DNA of 64,000 bases from a bacterium (GTDB taxonomy: Bacteria > Bacteroidota > Ignavibacteria > UBA10030): contig JAZDJN010000038.1 in NCBI GenBank assembly GCA_043803945.1, positions 1-64,000 of the forward strand. Reading direction: 5' to 3'. A program made the position numbers and the translations under genes. The notes under the pieces are model-generated. The model was not told the origin of the DNA. It saw nothing but the letters and a program-made list of their open reading frames with translations, and searched no databases. Positions 9,609 to 18,143 of the stretch are shown here, in pieces (the first letter of the stretch is position 1; every line of letters starts with the position of its first letter).

Positions 9609-9961
9609 TTAGAATCCCAGCGATTCACCCACGATAACAACAACAAGCCGGTGAGGGATAGAATTCGATTCGATGATTGTAATCTGGCTGCAGATGCGTT
9701 CTGGCTGATGGCAGTTCGCATCGTCGCAGAATCCGGTGCGTGCGCATGGAGTCTCTTTTTGAAGCCGCACGCAGTTCTGGGGTGCGGCGACATTTTTTAT
9801 TCTGCTGAGAGCTTCATCGAGCGTTGTAACGATTTTATTAATGCCGGCCAATAAGATGACTTTCTTTGGACCGTAGATTATATCTGCAACGCGATTCCCG
9901 GTTTATATCTGTCGAGCAGATGAATCTCCATCGATCGGAGAGCTTCTAATAGTCCGGTTTG
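9609..9961 (-). pseudogene. LUD-domain (lactate utilisation-like) gene remnant with internal deletion
   Basis: QTGLLEALRS...LDRYKPG joined out of frame to GNRVADIIYGPKKVILLAGINK...PCARTGFC..NC...RIC; 5' end missing. Confidence 0.75.
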
Positions 9962-10061
9962 GCTTTTCGCTGTGCAATAATGGTTTGGGGGTGTAGAAGG
10001 ATTTCCGGAAGCTGGTTCATCGGTGCCTCCTTTGAGAGTGTGTAACAGTTAGGTGAATCAA

Positions 10062-10101
10062 GCCGCCCTGCCTGCAGCAGGCAGGCAAGACGCCAAGAAA
10101 G
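10062..10101. repeat. gccgccaagacgccaag arm interrupted by a 19-nt palindrome (10067-10085)
   Basis: gccgc[cctgcctgc a gcaggcagg]caagacgccaag. Confidence 0.7.
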
Positions 10102-10379
10102 TCTATAAAATTTATTGGGGGATGAAAGAGGGACAGCAACAGAATTACGATATTCCATTACTTTTTCTATTTGGCGTGATGGATTCTCGCATATAGGATT
10201 GTCGATGTGGAATGTATTCAAGAATGAACTTATGGAATCAGATGATCAAATAATACTGAATGATTCTATTGAGTGCAATACTATCGGCATTGGATAGGAG
10301 GAAGCCAGATAATCCGGATTTCTTAAATCGTTAAAACGGTTGACTCATACTGACTTGTATTGAGAACAAAGTAAAAATG

Positions 10380-10529
10380 GAACACCCGCCTGCATCAGGC
10401 ATGCAGATAACATAGGAAAAGTACCGATAGTCACGGATAAAGCTCGTTGTATGGTTTTGTAGAATATTCTTTTCGATTTTAAACCATAGTCACCGTGACA
10501 ATCTAGTTTCTTCAGTGTAATCAGTGTTC
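10380..10529. repeat. Long-spacer inverted repeat (gaacac.gat family) with nested hairpin at 10386-10404
   Basis: gaacac[insert]agataac...gtcacgg versus ccgtgac...gtaatcagtgttc. Confidence 0.65.
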
Positions 10530-10662
10530 AATTTTTTATCGTTGAGTAGTCGCTTTAACTGTTTTTTAAAAAGTCCTTATTTGAGTAGATGCATTTGTCA
10601 TCTAAAATTCTCATGTTCCAACAGGTATCACACTTATCCATTTCTTAAAAGGTAACAGGCAC

Positions 10663-11907
10663 ATGGAACGAAGAGATTTTCTCCATTCAATTCCCTTATT
10701 GGGCGCAATGAGTCTGCCTGGCGTCACAACGGCTAAACCATCCTCCGAACCAATACAGAAGGAAGAGGAGCGGGCACAGTGGGTGCGACTGCTTTCAAAG
10801 ATTGCCGATCCTTTGCTTTCAGCTCTTTCTCAAGATATTTTGAAAGAGAAAATGCCTGTTGAAGCGCGCACACCAGAAATTGCCCGCGGTCGAAAGAATT
10901 ATACTTACCTCGAAGGTTTCGGTAGACTTTTAAGCGGGATCGGACCATGGCTCATTCTACCGGGCGACTCTACTCTGGAGGGAAAAGTTCGCTCCCAATT
11001 TTTTGCTCTGACACAGGCGTCTCTTACTCATGCCGTGAATCCCGGATCAAAGGATATGATGAATTTTTCCGAAGGGCCGCAGCCGCTTGTCGATGCTGCC
11101 TTCCTTGCCCTCGGGCTTATCCGGGCTCCTCAACTTTGGAAGAGTCTGGATGAAAAGTCAAGGCAAAATCTTCTTCTTGCATTACGGCGAACAAGAACCA
11201 TCAAACCTTACGCGAACAACTGGCTGCTTTTTAGCGGCATGATTGAAGCGTTCTTTCTGTCGGTGGGCGAAGAGTACGATAAGATGCGCCTCGACTATGC
11301 CATCCGTCAGCATGATCAATGGTATAAAGGCGATGGAATATTCGGCGACGGCCCCGAGTTCCATTGGGACTACTATAATAGTTACGTCATTCAGCCATTC
11401 CTCACGACGATTCTTCATCTTGCTGCGGCTCGTGATAAGAGTTATGCTGCGCTGGACGAAAAATATTCTCAGGTCGCACTCCGCTATGCAGAGATACTCG
11501 AGCGGTTAGTCGCGCCCGATGGCAGCTTTCCAGTTATTGGCCGGTCGATTGTGTATCGGTGTGGAGCGTATCACCATCTATCTCACCAAGTGCTCCTTGA
11601 AAAGCTGCCGAAACAGGTGACTCCTGCACAGGTACGCGCTGCACTAGGCGCAGTGATTCATCGAACACTTGATGATGAGAAGAATTTCGATTCGCAAAAT
11701 TGGCTCCGGCTCGGTTTATGCGCTCATCAGCCTGGACTTGCTGAGGAGTACATTTCGACGGGAAGCCTTTACCTCTGCGCGACCGCGTTTCTCCCGCTGG
11801 GCTTGCCGGCAACACATGAATTTTGGAGTTCACCATCAGTGGAGTGGACAGGGAAGAAGGTATGGGGTGGTGCAGATGTGCCTGCGGATAAGGCGCTGAA
11901 GATTTGA
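10663..11907 (+). CDS. DUF2264-family protein with Tat signal
   Basis: MERRDFL; YLEGFGRLLSGIGPWL, QPLVDAAFLA, NNWLLF, DYYNSYVI, YISTGSLYLC. Confidence 0.85.
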   Translation: MERRDFLHSIPLLGAMSLPGVTTAKPSSEPIQKEEERAQWVRLLSKIADPLLSALSQDILKEKMPVEARTPEIARGRKNYTYLEGFGRLLSGIGPWLILPGDSTLEGKVRSQFFALTQASLTHAVNPGSKDMMNFSEGPQPLVDAAFLALGLIRAPQLWKSLDEKSRQNLLLALRRTRTIKPYANNWLLFSGMIEAFFLSVGEEYDKMRLDYAIRQHDQWYKGDGIFGDGPEFHWDYYNSYVIQPFLTTILHLAAARDKSYAALDEKYSQVALRYAEILERLVAPDGSFPVIGRSIVYRCGAYHHLSHQVLLEKLPKQVTPAQVRAALGAVIHRTLDDEKNFDSQNWLRLGLCAHQPGLAEEYISTGSLYLCATAFLPLGLPATHEFWSSPSVEWTGKKVWGGADVPADKALKI

Positions 11908-11953
11908 GGACTATTTCCGATTCTACTTCCTCCTAGTATACTTCATCTATCAC

Positions 11954-12610
11954 TTATACCGCTTCTAATCTTAGCAGCCATTCGTGAAAGTGAGTGCATG
12001 CAGAGCGGATACGATAAATACCAATCCTCTGTGAGATGAGGCTACCATGCAATGGTTTCTGGTAGGTGGGAAACAATCCCCGAATTCTTGCGGAGGGGCA
12101 TGTATGAGGATTGTCGTTGATATCTTCTGGTGAAGGAAATCCCTGACGGATACGCTGAAGAGCCAGACTATGTGATGGTGATGTTAATGACTGTGCAATT
12201 TCTTCTGGCACGGAGAAGAGCAACGCTTCAAATTCATGAAGAGAATAATATGGTGTAAACTTTGAATTGTTTATATCTGTTTGGATGGCTTGTTCAAGGT
12301 ATTGGACTCTCGCGGTAGGTGTCGTACCTTGAAGTGATGATTTTCCTGGAAAGGAATCTGGAAGCGCATAATAATCAATAAATGTCGTTACGAGCGCTGC
12401 GCTCGTATCATTAAGGAGACGTTGAATTTGGAGTTTTACTCTATCGTAATGCGGTACACCTCCTCTGAACTGATTCCCTCTCTTAACCTTCTTTGTTGCA
12501 ATAATTATTGGTACAGCATATCTATCAAATTGCTCAAGGTCGGTATTTAAAACCTTCTTTACAAACATCTCTTCTGTCTGGCCTTCTACAAGAATGAGAA
12601 TTTTTCTCAT
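11954..12610 (-). CDS. DUF4276-family (TOPRIM-like) protein
   Basis: ILVEGQTEE, TTFIDYY, LHEFEALLFS, PEDIND...PS.RI, C.HF..W. Confidence 0.85.
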   Translation of the reverse strand: MRKILILVEGQTEEMFVKKVLNTDLEQFDRYAVPIIIATKKVKRGNQFRGGVPHYDRVKLQIQRLLNDTSAALVTTFIDYYALPDSFPGKSSLQGTTPTARVQYLEQAIQTDINNSKFTPYYSLHEFEALLFSVPEEIAQSLTSPSHSLALQRIRQGFPSPEDINDNPHTCPSARIRGLFPTYQKPLHGSLISQRIGIYRIRSACTHFHEWLLRLEAV

Positions 12611-13708
12611 TCAAGGCCTCCCACCAAAGATATTTTTCTCCCAGAGATCTCCGAGTCCAAATTCGTCTAACCAGTGTTCTATGTCGGCTTCACGGAGATG
12701 AGTAAATATGCTCTGCATTTCCTTTCTCTCGACGACATAGATCTGAGATGGTTCGAATTGATTCACCAGTGTTACCGATTGAGTGGCAACAAGAACCTGT
12801 GCTTGTTGCGAAGCCGCGCGTAAAAGATCCGCCAGTATAGTGATAGCATAGGGATGGAGACCTAACTCTGGCTCATCGAGAAGTACCACGCTCGGTAGCA
12901 CCGGTTGCATAAGAAGAGTAGCCAAACAAATGAAGCGGAGCGTACCATCAGATAAATTCGATGCGTTAAAGTGCCTATCGATTCCCTCCTCGCTCCATTC
13001 AAGCATTATTTTTTGATTATTTAGCGATAAAGACTCAAGATGGAAAGCACGAAAGAATGGTGCAACCAGACGAATTGTATCCTCAATATTTCTATAATGT
13101 TGAAGATTGGTTTTCTTGAGTCGATAGAGGAATGCCGCTAAGTTTCGGGCATCGGGATGGAAAATACGATTATCCCCTATATCGCATGTCTGTTTCACTC
13201 TGGCACTTTCGCTCGTATCATGGAAATGATACAATTTCCAACTCTTTAGATCGTTGATGACGTATCTTGCGATACGGCTGGATCTCCCTTCGGCATAATC
13301 AGGTAATATTGCCTCAGGATTACCAGAGCCTAAAAACTCACTATAAGGATGGGAATACCGTGATTTATCGTGAAATAATACACGCTCATCTGAAAAGATA
13401 AAGCGATCATCAACAGTTGGTGAAAGGATAAATTCATAACCGTTTGTTTCTTCGGCGAATGCTAACTTCACTGAAAGATGATCAGATTTCTTGCGCCCAT
13501 AATAGAGAATACTATCTGCACCTCCTTGCTCACCAGTGTACACCTGGAGATGCTTCTCAATAAGCTTATTCAAGAATTTGAAGAGGCCTATAAAATTCGA
13601 TTTACCGGAACCGTTGGCGCCAATAAAAACATTGAGAGCGTTCAAACGCAGATCCAGATTATGAATCGATTTGAAATTCTCAACCTGTATTCTATCGAGC
13701 TTTCTCAT
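12611..13708 (-). CDS. ABC/AAA-type ATPase (AAA_21-like)
   Basis: NFKSI, Walker A GANGSGKSN, LSDGTLRF, LLDEPELGLHP, ATQS; abuts the DUF4276 gene. Confidence 0.9.
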   Translation of the reverse strand: MRKLDRIQVENFKSIHNLDLRLNALNVFIGANGSGKSNFIGLFKFLNKLIEKHLQVYTGEQGGADSILYYGRKKSDHLSVKLAFAEETNGYEFILSPTVDDRFIFSDERVLFHDKSRYSHPYSEFLGSGNPEAILPDYAEGRSSRIARYVINDLKSWKLYHFHDTSESARVKQTCDIGDNRIFHPDARNLAAFLYRLKKTNLQHYRNIEDTIRLVAPFFRAFHLESLSLNNQKIMLEWSEEGIDRHFNASNLSDGTLRFICLATLLMQPVLPSVVLLDEPELGLHPYAITILADLLRAASQQAQVLVATQSVTLVNQFEPSQIYVVERKEMQSIFTHLREADIEHWLDEFGLGDLWEKNIFGGRP

Positions 13709-14192
13709 ACGATGGTAAGATAAGAAGAACATTCCCCTTCTTCAAATTGGCAGCACAATATCTGTGAGCAGTTCTTTCCCTTTTTAATCGGCTCTACCTA
13801 CCATTTTTTTATTGGTACTATGTGACACCTTTCTGATTTCAATTCTTCTTCTTCGTGAAAAGATAATTCTCCGAAAAACAAAAACCCGCCTGACGTACGC
13901 TATTCTCTTGCCCCACGGAATTATTGTTGCTGTTGTTCCTCTCCTCTGTTCAGCAATGCTTGCTAAAGGTAGGATTAATGAGATGGAAAATCAAATGAAC
14001 CGAAGAAGGGGCAGATGAAATGCATCTAACCGTTTTCTTCACACGGATTTCAGTGAATAGATTGAGGTCGGGAGGGGACCTGCCAGCCGGCTTTAGAGTC
14101 GGCGTTTTGTCTTTGTGTTAATCAAGAACAAACATTAATGGTCGGGAGCTGGAGTTCCCTCCCAGTTTTAGGGCGGATATGCTCTGGATGAT

Positions 14193-14290
14193 TTCCGCAT
14201 TCAGCATTCCCCATTCCGGATTGAGCTGGCATCTTCTTTCTGCTTTCTTCATTCTTTCCATCTCCCATCTCCCTTCTTCCGTCTCTCCCT
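14193..14290. repeat. Three adjacent degenerate heptamer tracts
   Basis: ttccgca/ttcagca/ttcccca/ttccgga; ttctgct/ttcttca; catctcc/catctcc/cttcttc. Confidence 0.65.
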
Positions 14291-14312
14291 ACCTGGTTCC
14301 TCCAAAAAGTTA

Positions 14313-14341
14313 TTGACATTCTATTTCCTCATCTCTATATT
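14313..14341 (+). promoter_or_regulatory. Sigma70-type promoter for the TBDR operon
   Basis: TTGACA-17 bp-TATATT. Confidence 0.65.
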
Positions 14342-14642
14342 GCTCCTACGGAAAGAAGAGGATAACGAGTGATGGGTGTTCCATAGCTTGTGATTCAGTG
14401 TTCAACCACTCTTCAGCCCTGACTACCGATGAATTGTGATCCTTCGTGCCAGGCTGTGCCAAAAGTAGGCGAGCAATGGTGTGCATCCCGAAATCTCTTG
14501 CCTCATTCTTTCCACAAACAACAATTGAGCTTGCAACAATAATCGTATCAGTGTGTTTCACGTCGTTGTTCAAACATCGCGCTTGTTCTTATCTATCAAG
14601 CACTACGAGGTTGCTGAAAAACATATCATCAATGAAGGATTG

Positions 14643-14738
14643 AACCGCCAAAGCGCCAAGGACACCAAGAAATCTTTTTAATTCTGATTGAAAAAACAAT
14701 TTAAATATCACTTTGGCGCTCTTGGCGACTTGGCGGTT
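14643..14738. repeat. Long-spacer inverted repeat (cgccaag family)
   Basis: aaccgccaaagcgccaaggacaccaag ... ctttggcgctcttggcgacttggcggtt. Confidence 0.85.
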
Positions 14739-14800
14739 TTCTTTTTCAGCACCCTGCTACGATAAGTTCTCCATCATATTTCATATCGACAGGATGATTT

Positions 14801-17800
14801 ATGAAGAACACTTTCCTTCCCTCCACCCTGCGTTTTCTAAAGCCGCTGAGCATCGCACTGGCACTCCTGCTTGCAGAACAACTGTTTGCGGGAAACGGTA
14901 AAATTACCGGACGCGTCATCGATAAAGAATCTCGTGAGCCTCTCATCGGCGCGAATGTGGTGATCACTCACTCGATCCTTTCTGACGGCTCAGAGGTTCC
15001 TCTCGACCGGCCGCTCGGCGCCGTATGCGACCTTTCAGGATATTATTTTATTCTGAATGTACCTCCCGGCACCTACGCCGTTAGAGCAAGTATCATCGGT
15101 TACACCTCCATCACGCAAAAACCTGTCCGCGTCGATCAGGACAGGACAATCACCGCCGATTTTCTCCTCTCCTCATCCTCGGTGGAGCTCCAGCAGGTAG
15201 TTGTCACAGCACAGCGTGAAATGATCAAACCCGATGTCGCCGGCACGCAAGAGGTAATCCTTACCTCACGCCTGGAGCAAATGCCGGTGACCCGGCTTGA
15301 TGAATTTGTGAATCGTGTTAAGGGGATCGAGCTGGTGAGTGGTGCGGATGGCAACGGCCTCAGTGTTCGCGGCGGAGCAATCCGCGAAACAGATGTAAGG
15401 CTGGATGGGATATCGCTGCAGGATCCACGCTCCGAAAATTCATACCTCGCATTGAACTCGACAACCATCGAAGAAATCCAGATCCTGACGGGCGGCTTTC
15501 AGGCAAAGTACGGAGGAGTCCGGTCTGGCTTGCTGAATGTGGTTACCAAGGATGGCCATCGAGACCGATACTCTGTTTCGGTGAAAGTTGATGTTGCTCC
15601 GGCGCAGAAGAAATTTTTCGGCACAAATCCCTGGAGCGATGAATCATGGATTTATAAAGTTTATGCAGGCCCCTATGCATGGCGGGGAGTACCAACTGGA
15701 GATACCACAGTGCCTCTCGAGTTCCGTAACTTCCGCGGCTGGGCAAATATTCTGACCCAAGACCGGAGGCTCGACTCGCTGAATAAATTGGAACTCTGGA
15801 AACGGCAGCATCCGCAATATGCTTTTGCGAACCGTCCCGATATTTTCTTCGAATCGAGTATCACCGGCCCATTACCCGGTGCTCTGATCCCGATCTTCGG
15901 TTCCTATGCAGAGCGCACAACATTCCTCTTTGGATTCAAATATGAAGATTCGCAACTCGCATTTCCACTCGGCCCGCGAAGTAACTATGTTGACTGGAAC
16001 ACTCAATTAAAATTGACCTCCACATTGAGTGATAATCTCCGCCTTTCTGTGAATGCGCTCTATGCCAACGTGGAAACTGTCAGCGGAGGCAGCACAACCA
16101 GCTATGGCGGGGCTCTTGTCGATGCTTCTTCGAGTTTCAATTTTCTCAACAGTACGGAATCGTCGGTACGGCAGCAGGCGCGGTTGCTTGCCGGCGATAA
16201 TCTTTGGCAGATATTCAACAAGAGCCGTCTGCAATTTTATGACCAGCGCTATTTTGTCGGTGGAATAAAACTCACCCACACACTTTCTTCCAATGCTTTT
16301 TATACATTCGATGTGCAAGTAGGGTATACCGATCAACGGCTCAATCCATTTTCTCTCGACACTTCACGAGCCGATTCATGGTTCACGCTTCCAGGGAGGA
16401 CAGGAGGAGTGGTTCGATTCCTCAACGCTCCTGTCGGAGGCACACCAAATGCCTCGACGAATCCGGGCAGTGATGCACTCAGCATGTGGCGGCTCTACGG
16501 AGGATTGCAGAGAATCGATTCTTCATACTCCCTGGTTACCCAGATAAAGGGTGATCTTACTGCGCAGTTCGGACGCCACCATCAGTTTGAAGCGGGATTC
16601 TCCGCTCGTCTGCAAAAATTATTCATCTATACAGGTACTTGGCTCCAGGCACAAATGTCGTTTACTCCCGACCTCTGGCAGTACTTTACAGCAACACCGC
16701 TCGAGATTGGATTGTATGTCCAGGACAAACTTGAGTTTGAAGGTATGATCCTTAACGCCGGTGTTCGTCTCGACTATTTGAATCCGTTGAAACAGGGGTA
16801 TGATGTCGGTATTCCGCCGGATGAGGACTACCGCAAACTGTATAATGATATTTATCAGAATCTCGGCGGTATCTGGGGAGGGTACGATCGCTGGCTCCTC
16901 TTCAGGGACTTGCTCGAAAATCCACCGGGCTGGCCGCGAACTGAAACCAGAGTACAGGCAAAAGTCTCTCCACGGCTCGGTGTCTCGTTCCCAATTACCG
17001 AGAGCAGCAAATTGTACTTCAACTATGGCCATTTCTACCAGCGCCCGGCAATTTCCTTTATGTATAATCAAACACTCGATTTGGCTGCGACAACACTTCC
17101 CACACCGAACCTTGAGATGGGAAGGACGGTTTCGTACGAATTTGGGTATGAACAGCTGTTCCTTGACGATTTTCTTTTCAATGTCACAGCGTACTACAAG
17201 GACATCCGCAATGAACCATTAAGCCGGCAGTACATCAATTATTTTCAAGATAATATCGTTCGGACATACGTTCCCGATGCCTACCGGGATATCAGAGGTA
17301 TTGAATTGCGCCTCGAACGACCCATGGGAAGCTGGATCACCTTCAATGCGATGCTGGATTACATGCTCCAAAGTGCCGGACAAAACGGGCTCTCCCGTAT
17401 TTATGAGAACAGGCTCGATGCAAAGGATGAGCTGCGGTCGGCGAACCTCTCCACCACAGAGCCGCGGCCCCGCGCCAATATCAACCTGAATATCCACACA
17501 CCGGGCGATCTCGGCCCGAGCATCGGCACCGAACATCCGCTCGGCGGTATCTACTTCAACTTCTTCTTTGAATGGCGCGATGGAGCTCGTATGCTCTGGA
17601 ATCCCGAAGAAGCCGATATGAAGAACCGGATCTATGTTGATGCCGTTGATTTCTGGAATCTCGACTTCCGCGGCTCGAAGAATTTCAATCTCGGACTTAT
17701 GAACTTTGAAGTTGTGGTGACGATAAAAAATCTCACCAACAACAAATGGTTGATTCCCGAAAACATGCTCCGTTCACAATACGACGAGTACAAAGCCTCG

Positions 17801-17941
17801 CTGCGCCTGCCGCATCAGGGTGGCAGCGATAAATGGGGTCAATGGGAGTCGGATGATGGCCATATTAAAACCGGCTGGTGGGATGCACCGATCTTCCTGA
17901 ATCCCCGGCGCATTCTATTTGGTATCCGCATGAATTTATAG
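14801..17941 (+). CDS. TonB-dependent receptor with N-terminal CarboxypepD_reg-like domain
   Basis: GKITGRVID...EPLIGANV; plug VRGG...DG, GGFQAKYG; SPRLGVSFPI; C-terminal PRRILFGIRMNL. Confidence 0.92.
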   Translation: MKNTFLPSTLRFLKPLSIALALLLAEQLFAGNGKITGRVIDKESREPLIGANVVITHSILSDGSEVPLDRPLGAVCDLSGYYFILNVPPGTYAVRASIIGYTSITQKPVRVDQDRTITADFLLSSSSVELQQVVVTAQREMIKPDVAGTQEVILTSRLEQMPVTRLDEFVNRVKGIELVSGADGNGLSVRGGAIRETDVRLDGISLQDPRSENSYLALNSTTIEEIQILTGGFQAKYGGVRSGLLNVVTKDGHRDRYSVSVKVDVAPAQKKFFGTNPWSDESWIYKVYAGPYAWRGVPTGDTTVPLEFRNFRGWANILTQDRRLDSLNKLELWKRQHPQYAFANRPDIFFESSITGPLPGALIPIFGSYAERTTFLFGFKYEDSQLAFPLGPRSNYVDWNTQLKLTSTLSDNLRLSVNALYANVETVSGGSTTSYGGALVDASSSFNFLNSTESSVRQQARLLAGDNLWQIFNKSRLQFYDQRYFVGGIKLTHTLSSNAFYTFDVQVGYTDQRLNPFSLDTSRADSWFTLPGRTGGVVRFLNAPVGGTPNASTNPGSDALSMWRLYGGLQRIDSSYSLVTQIKGDLTAQFGRHHQFEAGFSARLQKLFIYTGTWLQAQMSFTPDLWQYFTATPLEIGLYVQDKLEFEGMILNAGVRLDYLNPLKQGYDVGIPPDEDYRKLYNDIYQNLGGIWGGYDRWLLFRDLLENPPGWPRTETRVQAKVSPRLGVSFPITESSKLYFNYGHFYQRPAISFMYNQTLDLAATTLPTPNLEMGRTVSYEFGYEQLFLDDFLFNVTAYYKDIRNEPLSRQYINYFQDNIVRTYVPDAYRDIRGIELRLERPMGSWITFNAMLDYMLQSAGQNGLSRIYENRLDAKDELRSANLSTTEPRPRANINLNIHTPGDLGPSIGTEHPLGGIYFNFFFEWRDGARMLWNPEEADMKNRIYVDAVDFWNLDFRGSKNFNLGLMNFEVVVTIKNLTNNKWLIPENMLRSQYDEYKASLRLPHQGGSDKWGQWESDDGHIKTGWWDAPIFLNPRRILFGIRMNL

Positions 17942-18001
17942 AAGCTCGGACGAAAAGAGTAGCCACGACGATACAAAGGTGTGTAAAAAATGTGTGAGAC
18001 A

Positions 18002-18062
18002 GACTCAACCCCCTATATCCCCCTTCTCTAAATTCTAGAGAAGGGGGTGTGGGGGATGAGTC
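18002..18062. repeat. REP-like long GC hairpin
   Basis: gactcaaccccctatatcccccttctcta / tagagaagggggtgtgggggatgagtc. Confidence 0.75.
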
Positions 18063-18143
18063 AGAAATGAAGAATTACCAAATCTTTTTCCCTTGTCTGC
18101 CCGATAAAATGAATGAATTGATTCTCTTACGATAGGAGTCTCT

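Noticed and set aside
13812-14643. Short ORFs between the ATPase and the TBDR
   Set aside because: No motifs or good RBS; they mostly translate repeat tracts or leader sequence
14345-14800. Cobalamin or TPP riboswitch ahead of the TBDR
   Set aside because: No B12-box or TPP consensus segments recognised
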